A stretch of DNA of 64,000 nucleotides from Chitinophaga pinensis (lineage in GTDB: Bacteria > Bacteroidota > Ignavibacteria > Kapaibacteriales > Kapaibacteriaceae): NCBI GenBank assembly GCA_943372295.1, contig CALRYC010000001.1, forward strand, positions 99,257 to 163,256, written 5' to 3'. Below the pieces are notes generated by a model. That model made no database searches. It saw only the letters and a list, made by a program, of their open reading frames with translations, and was not told the DNA's origin. The position numbers and the translations under genes were made by a program. Position 1 is the stretch's first letter. Each line of letters opens with the position of its first letter. Positions 41,842-51,625 of this stretch are shown here, piece by piece.

Positions 41842-43083
41842 ATGAGTAACGTTCAATTGGGATCAACCCCGTTCGTCGGCAAAATGCATCAGATCGGTAT
41901 GGCCTTGGCCGCGATCGGAGCTCTAGGTCTTGCCGGTGTCTATGCCCTTTCGGGTTCAGAGCGGTTCTTTGCCGACTACTTGCTGGGCTTCTGGTACTTC
42001 GCCGGTATCAGCGTCACCATGCTCTTTTTCTCCGCTCTGCAATACCTGGCTCGCGCCGGATGGAGCGCATCGATCCGACGCATAGCTGAGAATTATACCG
42101 GTCTTGTGCCGTTCCTTCTCGTTGCACTGATCCCCATCATTGCAAACGTCTACATGGGGCATCACTCGATCTACGAATGGGCACACTCCACAGAAGAAGG
42201 AGTAAGCCTATTGCAGGCCGACCCAATTCTAAAGAAGAAGGCCGCATACTTTAACCAGGGATTCTTCACGTTTGATTTCTTCGTGATCCGCCTGGTGATG
42301 TACTGCGTGCTCTGGTTCGTGATGCGCCGCTTCATCGTTGGCAACTCGCTGAAGCAGGATTCCATGCCAGGTGACATCTCACCGACACGCGCCAATTGGA
42401 AGCGGTCCGCCCCCTTTGTGCTTCTGTATGCTGTGACGATCACGTTTGCAGCCTTTGACCTTCTGATGACTCTTGAGCCACACTGGTTCTCGACCATCTG
42501 GGGTGTCTACGCCTTTGCTGGCCACTTTGTTGCCTCTCTTACGATCATTGCATTGACTCTGGTTGTTCTGCGAAACAACGGCTATCTGACCGGATACATT
42601 CGTGATGAGCATTATCACGATATCGGAAAGTTGATGTTTGCTTTCTCGGTATTCTGGACCTACATCGCCTTCTCGCAGTACTTCATTATCTGGTACGCGA
42701 ACCTACCCGAAGAAACAGTGTACTTCACCAATCGGTTGACGCACGGCTGGCAGTACATGGGCTATGCGCTTGTCCTGACGCACTTCGTTATTCCATTCAT
42801 GCTCCTACTGAGACAGGACGTCAAGCGTAAATCGAAGATGCTCGTCGCGGCCGGAATTGTCATCCTTGTGTCGCACTTCATTGATATCACATGGATCATC
42901 ATGCCTGCCGTAGGGCACCACATCCTGAAGGCAGAAACGGTAACTTTTGGTTGGCAGGAGTTCACAGGCTGGTTCTTCTTTGCGGGGCTCTTCCTAATCA
43001 TGGCGGCGCGGCAGTTCAAGGCAAACAATGCCGTCGCCATCAACGATCCGCTTCTTCATGAATCAGGTGAATATCACGCCTGA
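41842..43083 (+). CDS. actF: ACIII subunit ActF (second NrfD-like membrane subunit)
   Basis: NrfD-like polytopic protein paralogous to ActC. Confidence 0.8.
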   Translation: MSNVQLGSTPFVGKMHQIGMALAAIGALGLAGVYALSGSERFFADYLLGFWYFAGISVTMLFFSALQYLARAGWSASIRRIAENYTGLVPFLLVALIPIIANVYMGHHSIYEWAHSTEEGVSLLQADPILKKKAAYFNQGFFTFDFFVIRLVMYCVLWFVMRRFIVGNSLKQDSMPGDISPTRANWKRSAPFVLLYAVTITFAAFDLLMTLEPHWFSTIWGVYAFAGHFVASLTIIALTLVVLRNNGYLTGYIRDEHYHDIGKLMFAFSVFWTYIAFSQYFIIWYANLPEETVYFTNRLTHGWQYMGYALVLTHFVIPFMLLLRQDVKRKSKMLVAAGIVILVSHFIDITWIIMPAVGHHILKAETVTFGWQEFTGWFFFAGLFLIMAARQFKANNAVAINDPLLHESGEYHA

Positions 43084-43107
43084 TAAGTTCCATTGATGCA
43101 ACTATTG

Positions 43108-43141
43108 CGGCCCCGATGTCCCACGATGTCGGGGCCGTTTT
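43108..43141 (+). terminator. Putative rho-independent terminator after actF
   Basis: GC-rich stem CGGCCCCGA/TCGGGGCCG (9 bp) with a 12-nt loop, followed by GTTTT. Confidence 0.45.
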
Positions 43142-43212
43142 CGTTGATGGAAACTCCGTAACTTTGCGCCGCAATTCACCGCGTTTTTTCACTGATTCAC
43201 CGTAATCACACC

Positions 43213-44616
43213 ATGAACACTCACACGTTCGACCTCGTTGTTATCGGATCCGGACCCGGCGGGTACGTAGCCGCCATCCGCGCTGCTCAGCTTGGCCTGA
43301 AGGTCGCCTGCGTCGAGCGCGACCGTTTGGGAGGAGTCTGCCTGAACTGGGGTTGCATCCCTTCAAAGTCGCTTTTGAAGAATGCGGAGTACATGAACTT
43401 CCTAAAACATGCGGACGACTATGGTTTCGGGATCAAGAATCTCGACGTCGATTTCCCGAAGGTCATTTCGCGCTCGCGGGGAGTGGCCGATCGTATGAGC
43501 GGCGGCGTGGCGTTTCTGTTCAAGAAGAATAAGATCGCCCAGATCAAGGGATGGGGATCGATCAAGACGACCACAACTGTCGAAGTAAAGGATGATAAAG
43601 GGGCGGTAACAGACCTGATCACGGCCAAGACCATCATGATCGCCACCGGTGCACGCCCGCGCATGATTCCTGGTATCGAAGTCGATCGTGAGTTCGTGCT
43701 GACGTCGACCGAAGCCATGCTTCAGCAGAAGATGCCAAAGTCTCTGATCGTCATGGGTGCCGGCGCTATCGGCATTGAGTTCGCCTACTTCTACCAGTCC
43801 TTTGGAGCCGAGGTGACGGTTATCGAGATGCAGGACCGCATCCTGCCGGTGGAAGATGACGACGTGTGTAAGGAGCTCCGCAAGACGTTTGAACGAGATG
43901 GCATGAAGATCCTGACCGAGACAAAGGTGGTCTCGGCGAAGAAGAAGGGCAAGGTCGTTGAGGTTGTCGTCGAACGCAAAGATGGAGTCAAGGAAACGCT
44001 AACGGCCGACCTGGCGCTGAATGCCATCGGCGTTCAGGGAAACATCGAGAATATTGGCCTCGAAAACGTAGGTATCAACGTCGAGCGCGGATGGATCAAG
44101 GTCGACAAGTTTCTGCGCACCAACGTGCCGAATATCTATGCCATAGGTGATGTTGCAGGAGCCCCATGGCTGGCGCATAAAGCATCAGCTGAAGGTGTTG
44201 TGGCGGCCGAGCACATTGCCGGACACCACACCGACGGCGTCGACTACAATAACATCCCGGGATGCACCTACTGCCAGCCACAAGTGGCCAGCATTGGTCT
44301 TACCGAACGAAAGGCCAAGGAAGCCGGCCACGAGGTTAAGGTCGGCAAGTTCCCATTCACTGCCAACGGCAAAGCACATGGCATTGGCAAGGCCCAGGGC
44401 TTTGTCAAGCTCGTGTTTGATGCCAAGTACGGCGAGTTGCTTGGAGCGCATCTGATCGGACCCGATGTTACGGAAATGATCGGAGAGCTTGGACTTGCAC
44501 GTACCTTGGGTGCAACCGGTCCATCGATCTTCAAGACAATTCATGCTCACCCGACGCTTAGCGAAGCGATCATGGAGTCAGCAGCACTGGCATACGACGA
44601 ATGCGTAAACCTTTAA
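43213..44616 (+). CDS. lpdA: Dihydrolipoyl dehydrogenase
   Basis: GSGPGGY FAD motif. Redox-active GVCLNWGCIPSK. HAHPTLSE C-terminal interface motif. Confidence 0.9.
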   Translation: MNTHTFDLVVIGSGPGGYVAAIRAAQLGLKVACVERDRLGGVCLNWGCIPSKSLLKNAEYMNFLKHADDYGFGIKNLDVDFPKVISRSRGVADRMSGGVAFLFKKNKIAQIKGWGSIKTTTTVEVKDDKGAVTDLITAKTIMIATGARPRMIPGIEVDREFVLTSTEAMLQQKMPKSLIVMGAGAIGIEFAYFYQSFGAEVTVIEMQDRILPVEDDDVCKELRKTFERDGMKILTETKVVSAKKKGKVVEVVVERKDGVKETLTADLALNAIGVQGNIENIGLENVGINVERGWIKVDKFLRTNVPNIYAIGDVAGAPWLAHKASAEGVVAAEHIAGHHTDGVDYNNIPGCTYCQPQVASIGLTERKAKEAGHEVKVGKFPFTANGKAHGIGKAQGFVKLVFDAKYGELLGAHLIGPDVTEMIGELGLARTLGATGPSIFKTIHAHPTLSEAIMESAALAYDECVNL

Positions 44617-44619
44617 GGT

Positions 44620-45246
44620 ATGCTTATTGAGACCTGGGGCACGATTGAATTCCGCGATGCATGGCGTCGACAGCGAGAGCTTGTCGACGCCATTTTACAT
44701 CAGGATCATCCCGATACGCTGGTGCTCTGTGAGCACCCCAGTGTGATTACTCTCGGGCGCACAACGCAACAGGGTAGCGTTCTGGCGCAGCGTGAACTTC
44801 TGGCCATGCGCAACATCGACGTGATTGAAATCGATCGCGGGGGTGAAGCCACAGTGCACAATCTGGGGCAGCTGGTAGGATATCCGATCTTTAATCTTCA
44901 ACGCTCGAAGCCCGACCTACATTGGTTTCTTCGCACTGTCGAACAGTCCATCATCGATGCGCTGGCAAGTCTTGGCCTCGAATCCGGTCGAGTGCAAGGC
45001 CTGACCGGCGTATGGATCGATCAGCAGAAGAAGATCTGCGCAATAGGCATCCACTGCAGCCGCTGGATCACGTCTCATGGCTTTGCGCTCAATGTACACA
45101 ATGACCTTTCGTTGTTCACGGATATCGTTCCCTGCGGAATCACCGATCGTGGCGTGACGTCCATGCAGTGTGAGCTTGCGGAGTTTCCCGGCATGCAGGC
45201 TGTTCACGCAGCTGTCATTGATTCATTTAGAAACAACTTCCAGTGA
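44620..45246 (+). CDS. lipB: Lipoyl(octanoyl) transferase
   Basis: Size and the LipB consensus (HPxVxTLGR, catalytic Cys in VPCGI). Immediately follows lpdA. Confidence 0.85.
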   Translation: MLIETWGTIEFRDAWRRQRELVDAILHQDHPDTLVLCEHPSVITLGRTTQQGSVLAQRELLAMRNIDVIEIDRGGEATVHNLGQLVGYPIFNLQRSKPDLHWFLRTVEQSIIDALASLGLESGRVQGLTGVWIDQQKKICAIGIHCSRWITSHGFALNVHNDLSLFTDIVPCGITDRGVTSMQCELAEFPGMQAVHAAVIDSFRNNFQ

Positions 45247-45480
45247 CTGCTCTAAGTGTTTAGATTTTAGTAAGTTATTGAGTTGTCCACACTTATGCAG
45301 CCGGCTCTGTTTTTGTTGCAATGGCGCGTCTTGGTGTATATGTAAAAATACATATATGTGGATTACCCTGTGGAAAAACCTAAGTCTTTACGTGCTAAGG
45401 GGCTTGCCGCGACATCAAAAAATTGGCTTTGACATAATCATCTTCTGACGTGTATGTTTGCATCGTTGACAATCAAAGTT
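45247..45480 (+). promoter_or_regulatory. AT-rich (~38% GC) island upstream of tRNA-Gly with candidate sigma-70-type promoter elements
   Basis: TTGACA at 45429-45434, then a 17-bp spacer and TGTATGTT. A second TTGACA at 45465. Palindrome TATATGTA-AAAA-TACATATA. The composition contrasts with ~60% GC elsewhere. Confidence 0.3.
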
Positions 45481-45554
<74 letters not shown>

Positions 45555-45633
45555 GACGACGCAAGTCGTCACTTCCTCTTTATGCTGCATGCCTTGCCAT
45601 CTCATTCCCCCCTGATGGCGAGGCATTTTTTTT
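45555..45633 (+). terminator. Two hairpins after tRNA-Gly; the second is a strong intrinsic terminator
   Basis: GACGAC-GCAA-GTCGTC (GNRA tetraloop), then ATGCCTTGCCATC...GATGGCGAGGCAT (13-bp stem with one G-U) followed by T8. Confidence 0.65.
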
Positions 45634-45781
45634 GGGCGACTCATCGTTAGTGTCCACCAGATTGATTTGTAGATTTCTAGCGCGCGAACACACTACAAGG
45701 CAACGGCGGAGCGTCATTCAAGGCGCTCACAAAGTGTGCCGGGTAAGCAGGCATCATTTCACCACCAAAACTGTTGGCAGC

Positions 45782-48700
45782 ATGCAGTCACTTGATGGTT
45801 TCCAGTTCCTTAGAGAGATCGACCAACGTTCGACGTGGAAGGTCATGGCAGTTCTATGCGCCATGATTCTCATCGCGTCACGAACTGCGTCAGCATCCAC
45901 AGAGACTGATGTACGCGTGGTGAGTTCGAATGAGCGAGAGCTTGTGATGCAGATCGCAGCCAAGGGGATCTGTGTCGATTTAGCCAATGAGCGGCTCACG
46001 TACACACGTCCTGCAGATGACCGGGCACGACTGATGTCGTGGCAGGGTAAGCGCCGGTACGTGCGTTCTTTTGACGTGATCGTTCCCGGCCCGGCGAGCT
46101 TCTCACTCGAGGGAGCCGACCTGCGTTCATCGGTCATCAGTGTGTCGGCATCTTCAATGGAGCGACTCGTATCCGGAACGCCACGGACATTATGTGCCGA
46201 CCGCGTGTGCTTGACTTATGACGGAATTGCCACGGATCGCCATGTGGCCAGGCTGGACGTCGTAGTGGCCGATGAGGTTGAAGGGGGCTATGCCATGCTG
46301 ACCTCGGGAACAATCCGCATCCGGTTCAATGCAATCGGAGTTACAAGTCAGGGTGTCCCTCCGACAGGGGCTCTTATTGCATTGAACCCCAAAGCACCAT
46401 GGGTGGCGAGCGTTCGTCGATCCGCTGCAAGCGATTTCAAGCAGTCTGGGGAGCAGATTCAGGCCGAGTCGACAACAACCATGTATCGCATGCGTATCAC
46501 CCGTGAAGGGGTTTACCGAATATCTAACGATCAGCTTCGCGGCTCAGGAATAGCCACCGATGCTGCCGCTGCCGTTTCGCTGAAGATCTTCGGAAGGGGC
46601 GGACGTGAGCTGCCCGAGTCGGTCGATTCCGCTGGTGCGAATCAGCTTGTCGAACAGCCAATCTTGGTGCAGACCAACTCGGATGGTTCCATCCGTGAAG
46701 TTTTGTTCTATGCCAGCGGCACAAGCGGATGGACCCAGGACGGCACGCAGATCGAGCATCTGATCAACCATTATGCCAATGAGGCCGGGTACTATCTTTC
46801 GGTAGGCGGCGAACCCGGAATGCGGGCCGTTGCACGCCCCCTTCCGGCCGACGAGCCCACGGTGCGTCCAACGATCTCTACGGGTCGGGTCTTCTCGGAG
46901 GAGGAGATCGTTAACCCGCTGCCTCCGGGCTCGGGACGGCGCTGGCTCGGTCGCACCATCGAAAACAGAGCGTCGATCAACGTGACCATGTCGCTTCCGG
47001 GCCTTGTGCCGACCGGGACAGTCCTTTATCGGTATGTGGCCGGACATCGCAGCCGGAATGCCGGCGGTGTCATCACGGTCTCCGAATCTGGAACCACGCT
47101 GGGGCAGGTCAGTCTGCCGGCGGTGCCGGAGTACATGGATGTGTATACCAATTCCGGATTCGGAACGCTGGCGGCCTCGCGCATCCCGGCAGATGGAAGG
47201 ACCGTCCTGCGATTTGCGTACGCATCGAGCGATAACGGATCAACGGGTCTGCTCGACTGGGTAGAAGTGCACTATCCGCAGAGTCTTGACGCCCAGTCGA
47301 ACGCCTATACGTTCTGGTCGCAGACAGACAACGGCTTGCATGAGTATTCCATCAATGGTTTCAGCGGCAGTATCTGTGGATTCGATGTCACTGATCCGGC
47401 GCGGCCAACCCTGCTTACCAATGCCGCAACGGTAGGGGGCATGTTCGCCGTGCGAACGCAGATCACCGCAGGGCGAGCTCGGCGCTTTTATCTCTGCTCG
47501 GAGCCAGCCTCGATCGGAGCACTTGAGCGGGTGAGCGTACCGACGTTTGCCGGCAGCGAGCGCGCGGCTGATGTTCTGGTGATCACGCATCCGGACCTAC
47601 TCGCGTCAGCCAACGAGTTTGCCGAGTATCGCCGTGGACGCGGAGTGTTCTCGGTCAGTGTCTTCACGACCGATGAGATCTTCGCACGATTCAGCTATGG
47701 AATGACCGATCCAACTTCCTTGCGTGACTTCCTCGCCAATGCATTTGCCAACTGGCAGCCTCGTCCGTCGCATGTTGTGCTCTGGGGCGACGGTCACTAT
47801 GATTACAAGAACATTTCGACATCGCAGAAGAACTTCCTTGTGCCGTATCAAAGTCTCGATCCGGACAATGCCGACATTGGTCTGACCACGACGACAACCG
47901 ATGACTTTTTTATTCGTGTTGCAGGCACCGACCGTCGACCGGACCTCGCCGGCGGACGTGTGCCGATCCGCACGAACCAGGAGGGCCGCAACTTCATCGC
48001 AAAGCTGCGTCGATACGAGAGTGAATCTTCACGTGATGACTGGCGAACGCGCATTACCCTAGTGGCCGATGATGGCGAAAAGGAAGACAACAGGTCGGAT
48101 GGATCAACGCACCTGGATCAGAATGAGAAACTCATCGCCGAGTATGTTCCGAAAGAGTTTCAGTCTCGCAAGATCTACATGGTCGAGTATCCGACCGAGA
48201 ACGTAGCGCGCGGACGTCGCAAGCCCACCGTTACTCAGGAACTGGTCTCTACGGTCAACACTACTGGCTCGGTGCTGCTGAACTACATCGGACATGGCAA
48301 TCCGCGCGTTTGGGCCCATGAACAGGTGTTTGTGCGCGAAACGACGCCGAAAGAGCTCCTCAATGCCGATAAGCTGTTCTTTCTGACCGCAGCAACGTGT
48401 GACTTTGCGCGATTCGATCTGACGGATATTCAATCTGGCGCTGAAGAGCTGCTCTTGATGCCTGACGGAGGAGCGATCGGCGTCTTCTCAGCGGCACGCG
48501 TGGTGTATTCTCTGGCAAACGCAGCTTTGAATCAGGAGTTCTATGCCGATCTCTTCACGCGCATGCCCGATGGAACATATCCAACGGTCGGACAGGCCAT
48601 GTATCGGGTCAAGCAAATCTACAATGGCGGTAACGACGAGAAGTTTCTGATCCTCGGTGATCCGACATTGACATTGCTCATCCCGGATCATCACATTCGA

Positions 48701-49771
48701 TTCACGACAATCAACGGTGCTGACGTCCGAAATGATTCAAGTACCGTCAGAGTTTCGGCTCTGGGCACTGTCGAGGTGTCAGGCGTGGTTGTCCGACCAG
48801 GTGCTGATGGAATTGATGATTCGTTCAACGGCAACATCACGGTCTCTTTGAACGATGCGGCTCGCACGGTTACGGTGATCGATACAGATATTTACAAGTC
48901 GAGAAATACGTTCCGACGTCCGGGATCGGCTCTGTGCCGTGGCTCGTTCAAAGTCGAGAAGGGGCGTTTCACGGCCACGTTCGTCGTGCCCAAGGACATA
49001 TCGTTTTCAAAGGAGCTCGCTTCGCTCTATGGCTTTGCAGCATCGGCCGATGACCGTTTTGCCATGGGATCGACCAACCGCGTGGTAGTTGACGGTGTTA
49101 CTGATGTTTCAGATCCGGAGACGGACGGTCCCGATATAAGGGTCTATGTTGATTCACGAAAGTTTGTTCCGGGCGGTATTGTTCGTCCTAACCCGGTGCT
49201 GATCGTCGATCTGATTGATCAGACAGGTATCAACACGACCGGGGTAGGCATCGGGCATGATATCACCGCACAGTTCAATGACGCAAACAGCATTGAGATC
49301 CTCACACCGACGTTCACAACATCGCTCGAAAACCCGCGAGCAGGAACGGCACAGAAGCAGATCTTTGGGCTCGGATCAGGCTTGCACACCGTGACAGTGC
49401 AGGCGTGGGACGTATACAATAACGTCTCCCAGCACAGCACGATGTTCCGCATACCGGGTCCGACCGATGCGATCGTCACTGAGGGACTGTTCAATTTTCC
49501 GAATCCCTTCTCGTCAGCCACGACCATCCGTTTTACGCACTCCAGTCAGAGACCATTCAGTGCAACCCTTTTGATCTATGACCTGCAAGGGACTCTTTTG
49601 CTAGAGCGTCGAATGACCATCTCCGACATGCAAACAGCTGACATCGTCTGGGACGGACGCGACGAGTCCGGCGACTTGGCTCAATCGGGGATGTATCAAG
49701 CTGTCGTGCGCCTAGTTGATGCTGACGGAACAACGTCATTCGCAAGTGGTAAACTGACCCTCATTCGCTAA
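45782..49771 (+). CDS. porU: Type IX secretion system sortase PorU (C25/gingipain-family cysteine peptidase with a T9SS C-terminal domain)
   Basis: Signal peptide. Catalytic His in NYIGHGN and Cys in TAATCDF. C-terminal sorting domain FNFPNPFSSATTIRF...GMYQAVVRL...KLTLIR. Immediately followed by porV. The start was set at MQSLDG because the longer ORF runs into the tRNA. Confidence 0.75.
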   Translation: MQSLDGFQFLREIDQRSTWKVMAVLCAMILIASRTASASTETDVRVVSSNERELVMQIAAKGICVDLANERLTYTRPADDRARLMSWQGKRRYVRSFDVIVPGPASFSLEGADLRSSVISVSASSMERLVSGTPRTLCADRVCLTYDGIATDRHVARLDVVVADEVEGGYAMLTSGTIRIRFNAIGVTSQGVPPTGALIALNPKAPWVASVRRSAASDFKQSGEQIQAESTTTMYRMRITREGVYRISNDQLRGSGIATDAAAAVSLKIFGRGGRELPESVDSAGANQLVEQPILVQTNSDGSIREVLFYASGTSGWTQDGTQIEHLINHYANEAGYYLSVGGEPGMRAVARPLPADEPTVRPTISTGRVFSEEEIVNPLPPGSGRRWLGRTIENRASINVTMSLPGLVPTGTVLYRYVAGHRSRNAGGVITVSESGTTLGQVSLPAVPEYMDVYTNSGFGTLAASRIPADGRTVLRFAYASSDNGSTGLLDWVEVHYPQSLDAQSNAYTFWSQTDNGLHEYSINGFSGSICGFDVTDPARPTLLTNAATVGGMFAVRTQITAGRARRFYLCSEPASIGALERVSVPTFAGSERAADVLVITHPDLLASANEFAEYRRGRGVFSVSVFTTDEIFARFSYGMTDPTSLRDFLANAFANWQPRPSHVVLWGDGHYDYKNISTSQKNFLVPYQSLDPDNADIGLTTTTTDDFFIRVAGTDRRPDLAGGRVPIRTNQEGRNFIAKLRRYESESSRDDWRTRITLVADDGEKEDNRSDGSTHLDQNEKLIAEYVPKEFQSRKIYMVEYPTENVARGRRKPTVTQELVSTVNTTGSVLLNYIGHGNPRVWAHEQVFVRETTPKELLNADKLFFLTAATCDFARFDLTDIQSGAEELLLMPDGGAIGVFSAARVVYSLANAALNQEFYADLFTRMPDGTYPTVGQAMYRVKQIYNGGNDEKFLILGDPTLTLLIPDHHIRFTTINGADVRNDSSTVRVSALGTVEVSGVVVRPGADGIDDSFNGNITVSLNDAARTVTVIDTDIYKSRNTFRRPGSALCRGSFKVEKGRFTATFVVPKDISFSKELASLYGFAASADDRFAMGSTNRVVVDGVTDVSDPETDGPDIRVYVDSRKFVPGGIVRPNPVLIVDLIDQTGINTTGVGIGHDITAQFNDANSIEILTPTFTTSLENPRAGTAQKQIFGLGSGLHTVTVQAWDVYNNVSQHSTMFRIPGPTDAIVTEGLFNFPNPFSSATTIRFTHSSQRPFSATLLIYDLQGTLLLERRMTISDMQTADIVWDGRDESGDLAQSGMYQAVVRLVDADGTTSFASGKLTLIR

Positions 49772-49796
49772 CTTTGCCGCCTAACAGGTGGGTATA

Positions 49797-50885
49797 ATGG
49801 AGTTCTACATGACGCTGGTCCGGCAGTTCATTCTGGGTCTGATGGTCTTTTTTGCAACATCGTCGCTCGCGTTTTCACAAGCAGGCGGGGCTGCGGTTCC
49901 GTTTCTGCTGATCACTCCGGATTCCCGTGCAAGCGGTATGGGGGACATCGGCACGGCCATGACCGACGACGTCAACGCCATCTTCTGGAATACCGGAGCG
50001 CTTGCCTTTAACGATGCGTCAAACCAGGTTGCTTTGAGCTTCGCCAAATGGTTGCCACAGTTCAACGCGGACCTCTACTACTCGTACGGAACCTACGGTC
50101 AATACGTCGAGGAGCTCGGTGGAACAATTGCCGGTTCGTTTATCTTCATGAACCTTGGTGAGTTCACCAAGACCAACGAAAACGGCCAGGCTCTTGGCAA
50201 GTTCAGATCGAATGAATTCTGCCTTGGCATCGCTTATGGCACCGAGGTTGGAAACGACGTTGGCCTCGGCGTGCAGGTCAAGTACATCCAGTCGAATCTC
50301 GCACCTGCCAGTGCCGGAACTCCGGGGGCCGGTGTGGGAATCTCCAGTGCGTTTGACCTTGGAGTCATGTGGCGTCCGTCCGAACTCAACATCTTTGGTG
50401 AAGAGTTTGGTAAGCGGCTTAGCGTCGGGGCGAACCTTCAGAATTTCGGTCCGAAGATGACCTACGACCGCGAGTCAGACCCGCTTCCAACGAACCTTCG
50501 CGTTGGTGTGGCCGTGACGGTCCTTGAGGATGAGTTCAACAAGCTGACGTTTTCATCGGACATCATGAAGTTGCTCGTGCGGCGAGACGGTCGCAATTCA
50601 GACCCTCTGCCGATCTCTCTGGTGACGTCTTGGGAGCGCGGTGGACTTGAGACGGGGTTCGGCATGGAGTATGTCTATGACAAGTCGGTAGCCCTTCGTG
50701 GTGGCTTTTTCACCGAACCGGCCGCCGCCGGAGCCCGTGAGTACTTCACGCTGGGTGCCGGCGTCGAGTATGATATCTTCCGGGCCGACTTCAGCTATTA
50801 CATCACGGTGGAGCAGAATCACCCGCTGGGTAACACGCTGCGATTCTCTCTCATCGTTGACTGGGGTCGCGAAGCCAATATGTAA
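49797..50885 (+). CDS. porV: T9SS outer-membrane shuttle protein PorV (LptO)
   Basis: PorV-family N-terminus (FLLITPDSRASGMGDIGTA) and a beta-barrel-like alternating pattern ending in an aromatic C-terminus. Confidence 0.75.
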   Translation: MEFYMTLVRQFILGLMVFFATSSLAFSQAGGAAVPFLLITPDSRASGMGDIGTAMTDDVNAIFWNTGALAFNDASNQVALSFAKWLPQFNADLYYSYGTYGQYVEELGGTIAGSFIFMNLGEFTKTNENGQALGKFRSNEFCLGIAYGTEVGNDVGLGVQVKYIQSNLAPASAGTPGAGVGISSAFDLGVMWRPSELNIFGEEFGKRLSVGANLQNFGPKMTYDRESDPLPTNLRVGVAVTVLEDEFNKLTFSSDIMKLLVRRDGRNSDPLPISLVTSWERGGLETGFGMEYVYDKSVALRGGFFTEPAAAGAREYFTLGAGVEYDIFRADFSYYITVEQNHPLGNTLRFSLIVDWGREANM

Positions 50886-50915
50886 GGGGCTCCAATAGGC
50901 CCCATACATGATCGG

Positions 50916-51545
50916 TCACCCATCTTTTGATGCTTCCTGCCGTGCCACATTGGCGGCACGTCTGCGCCGATAGATCCATGTCGCAATTGCGATGATCAGG
51001 ATGCCAGTGATCAGCCAGCCATAGGCCGAGAGGTATCCTTCGACGTCGCGCCAGCGCTGACCCACATGCATGCCGGCATAAAGCAACAGAGCATTCCACG
51101 CCAGCGCGCTTACTCCGCATTGGATGATCGTGCGAACAATGGGCAGGCGCGACACCCCCGCTGCAAACGCAACGACGGCGCGTGTACCGGCCAGGAACCG
51201 ATTGGAAACGATGATCAGGCCATGAAAGCGATCAAACAGACGCTCCACATGGGCAAGCGTCTCATGGTCGACAAAAGGCACCCACCGCGAGCTGGCTATG
51301 GCCTCGCCATAGCGGCGGCCCATAGCGTATGCCGTGGCAAAGCCGATCACGGACCCAGCTGTTGCTACACCGAGCACAGCACCGAACTCGACAACATGCA
51401 TGCCGATGAGTGACCCCATAAAGACCAGCAGTACGTCGCTCGGCGAAGGAGGCACGAGATTCTCGATGAAAGCGACAAAGAATGTCATGGTCAGGATAGC
51501 CCAGACGGGCAGTCCCTGTAGAAATTCGATCAGAGATTCGATCAT
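50916..51545 (-). CDS. DedA/SNARE-associated family membrane protein
   Basis: VPPSPSDVLLVFMG motif. 209 aa. Confidence 0.75.
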   Translation of the reverse strand: MIESLIEFLQGLPVWAILTMTFFVAFIENLVPPSPSDVLLVFMGSLIGMHVVEFGAVLGVATAGSVIGFATAYAMGRRYGEAIASSRWVPFVDHETLAHVERLFDRFHGLIIVSNRFLAGTRAVVAFAAGVSRLPIVRTIIQCGVSALAWNALLLYAGMHVGQRWRDVEGYLSAYGWLITGILIIAIATWIYRRRRAANVARQEASKDG

Positions 51546-51625
51546 GGCGATAGGGGCGAGTGTTACGGCAACGAACCTACGACAGCAGCGATGTAAATTT
51601 GCACTCTTTCCAATCAGAGGACATC

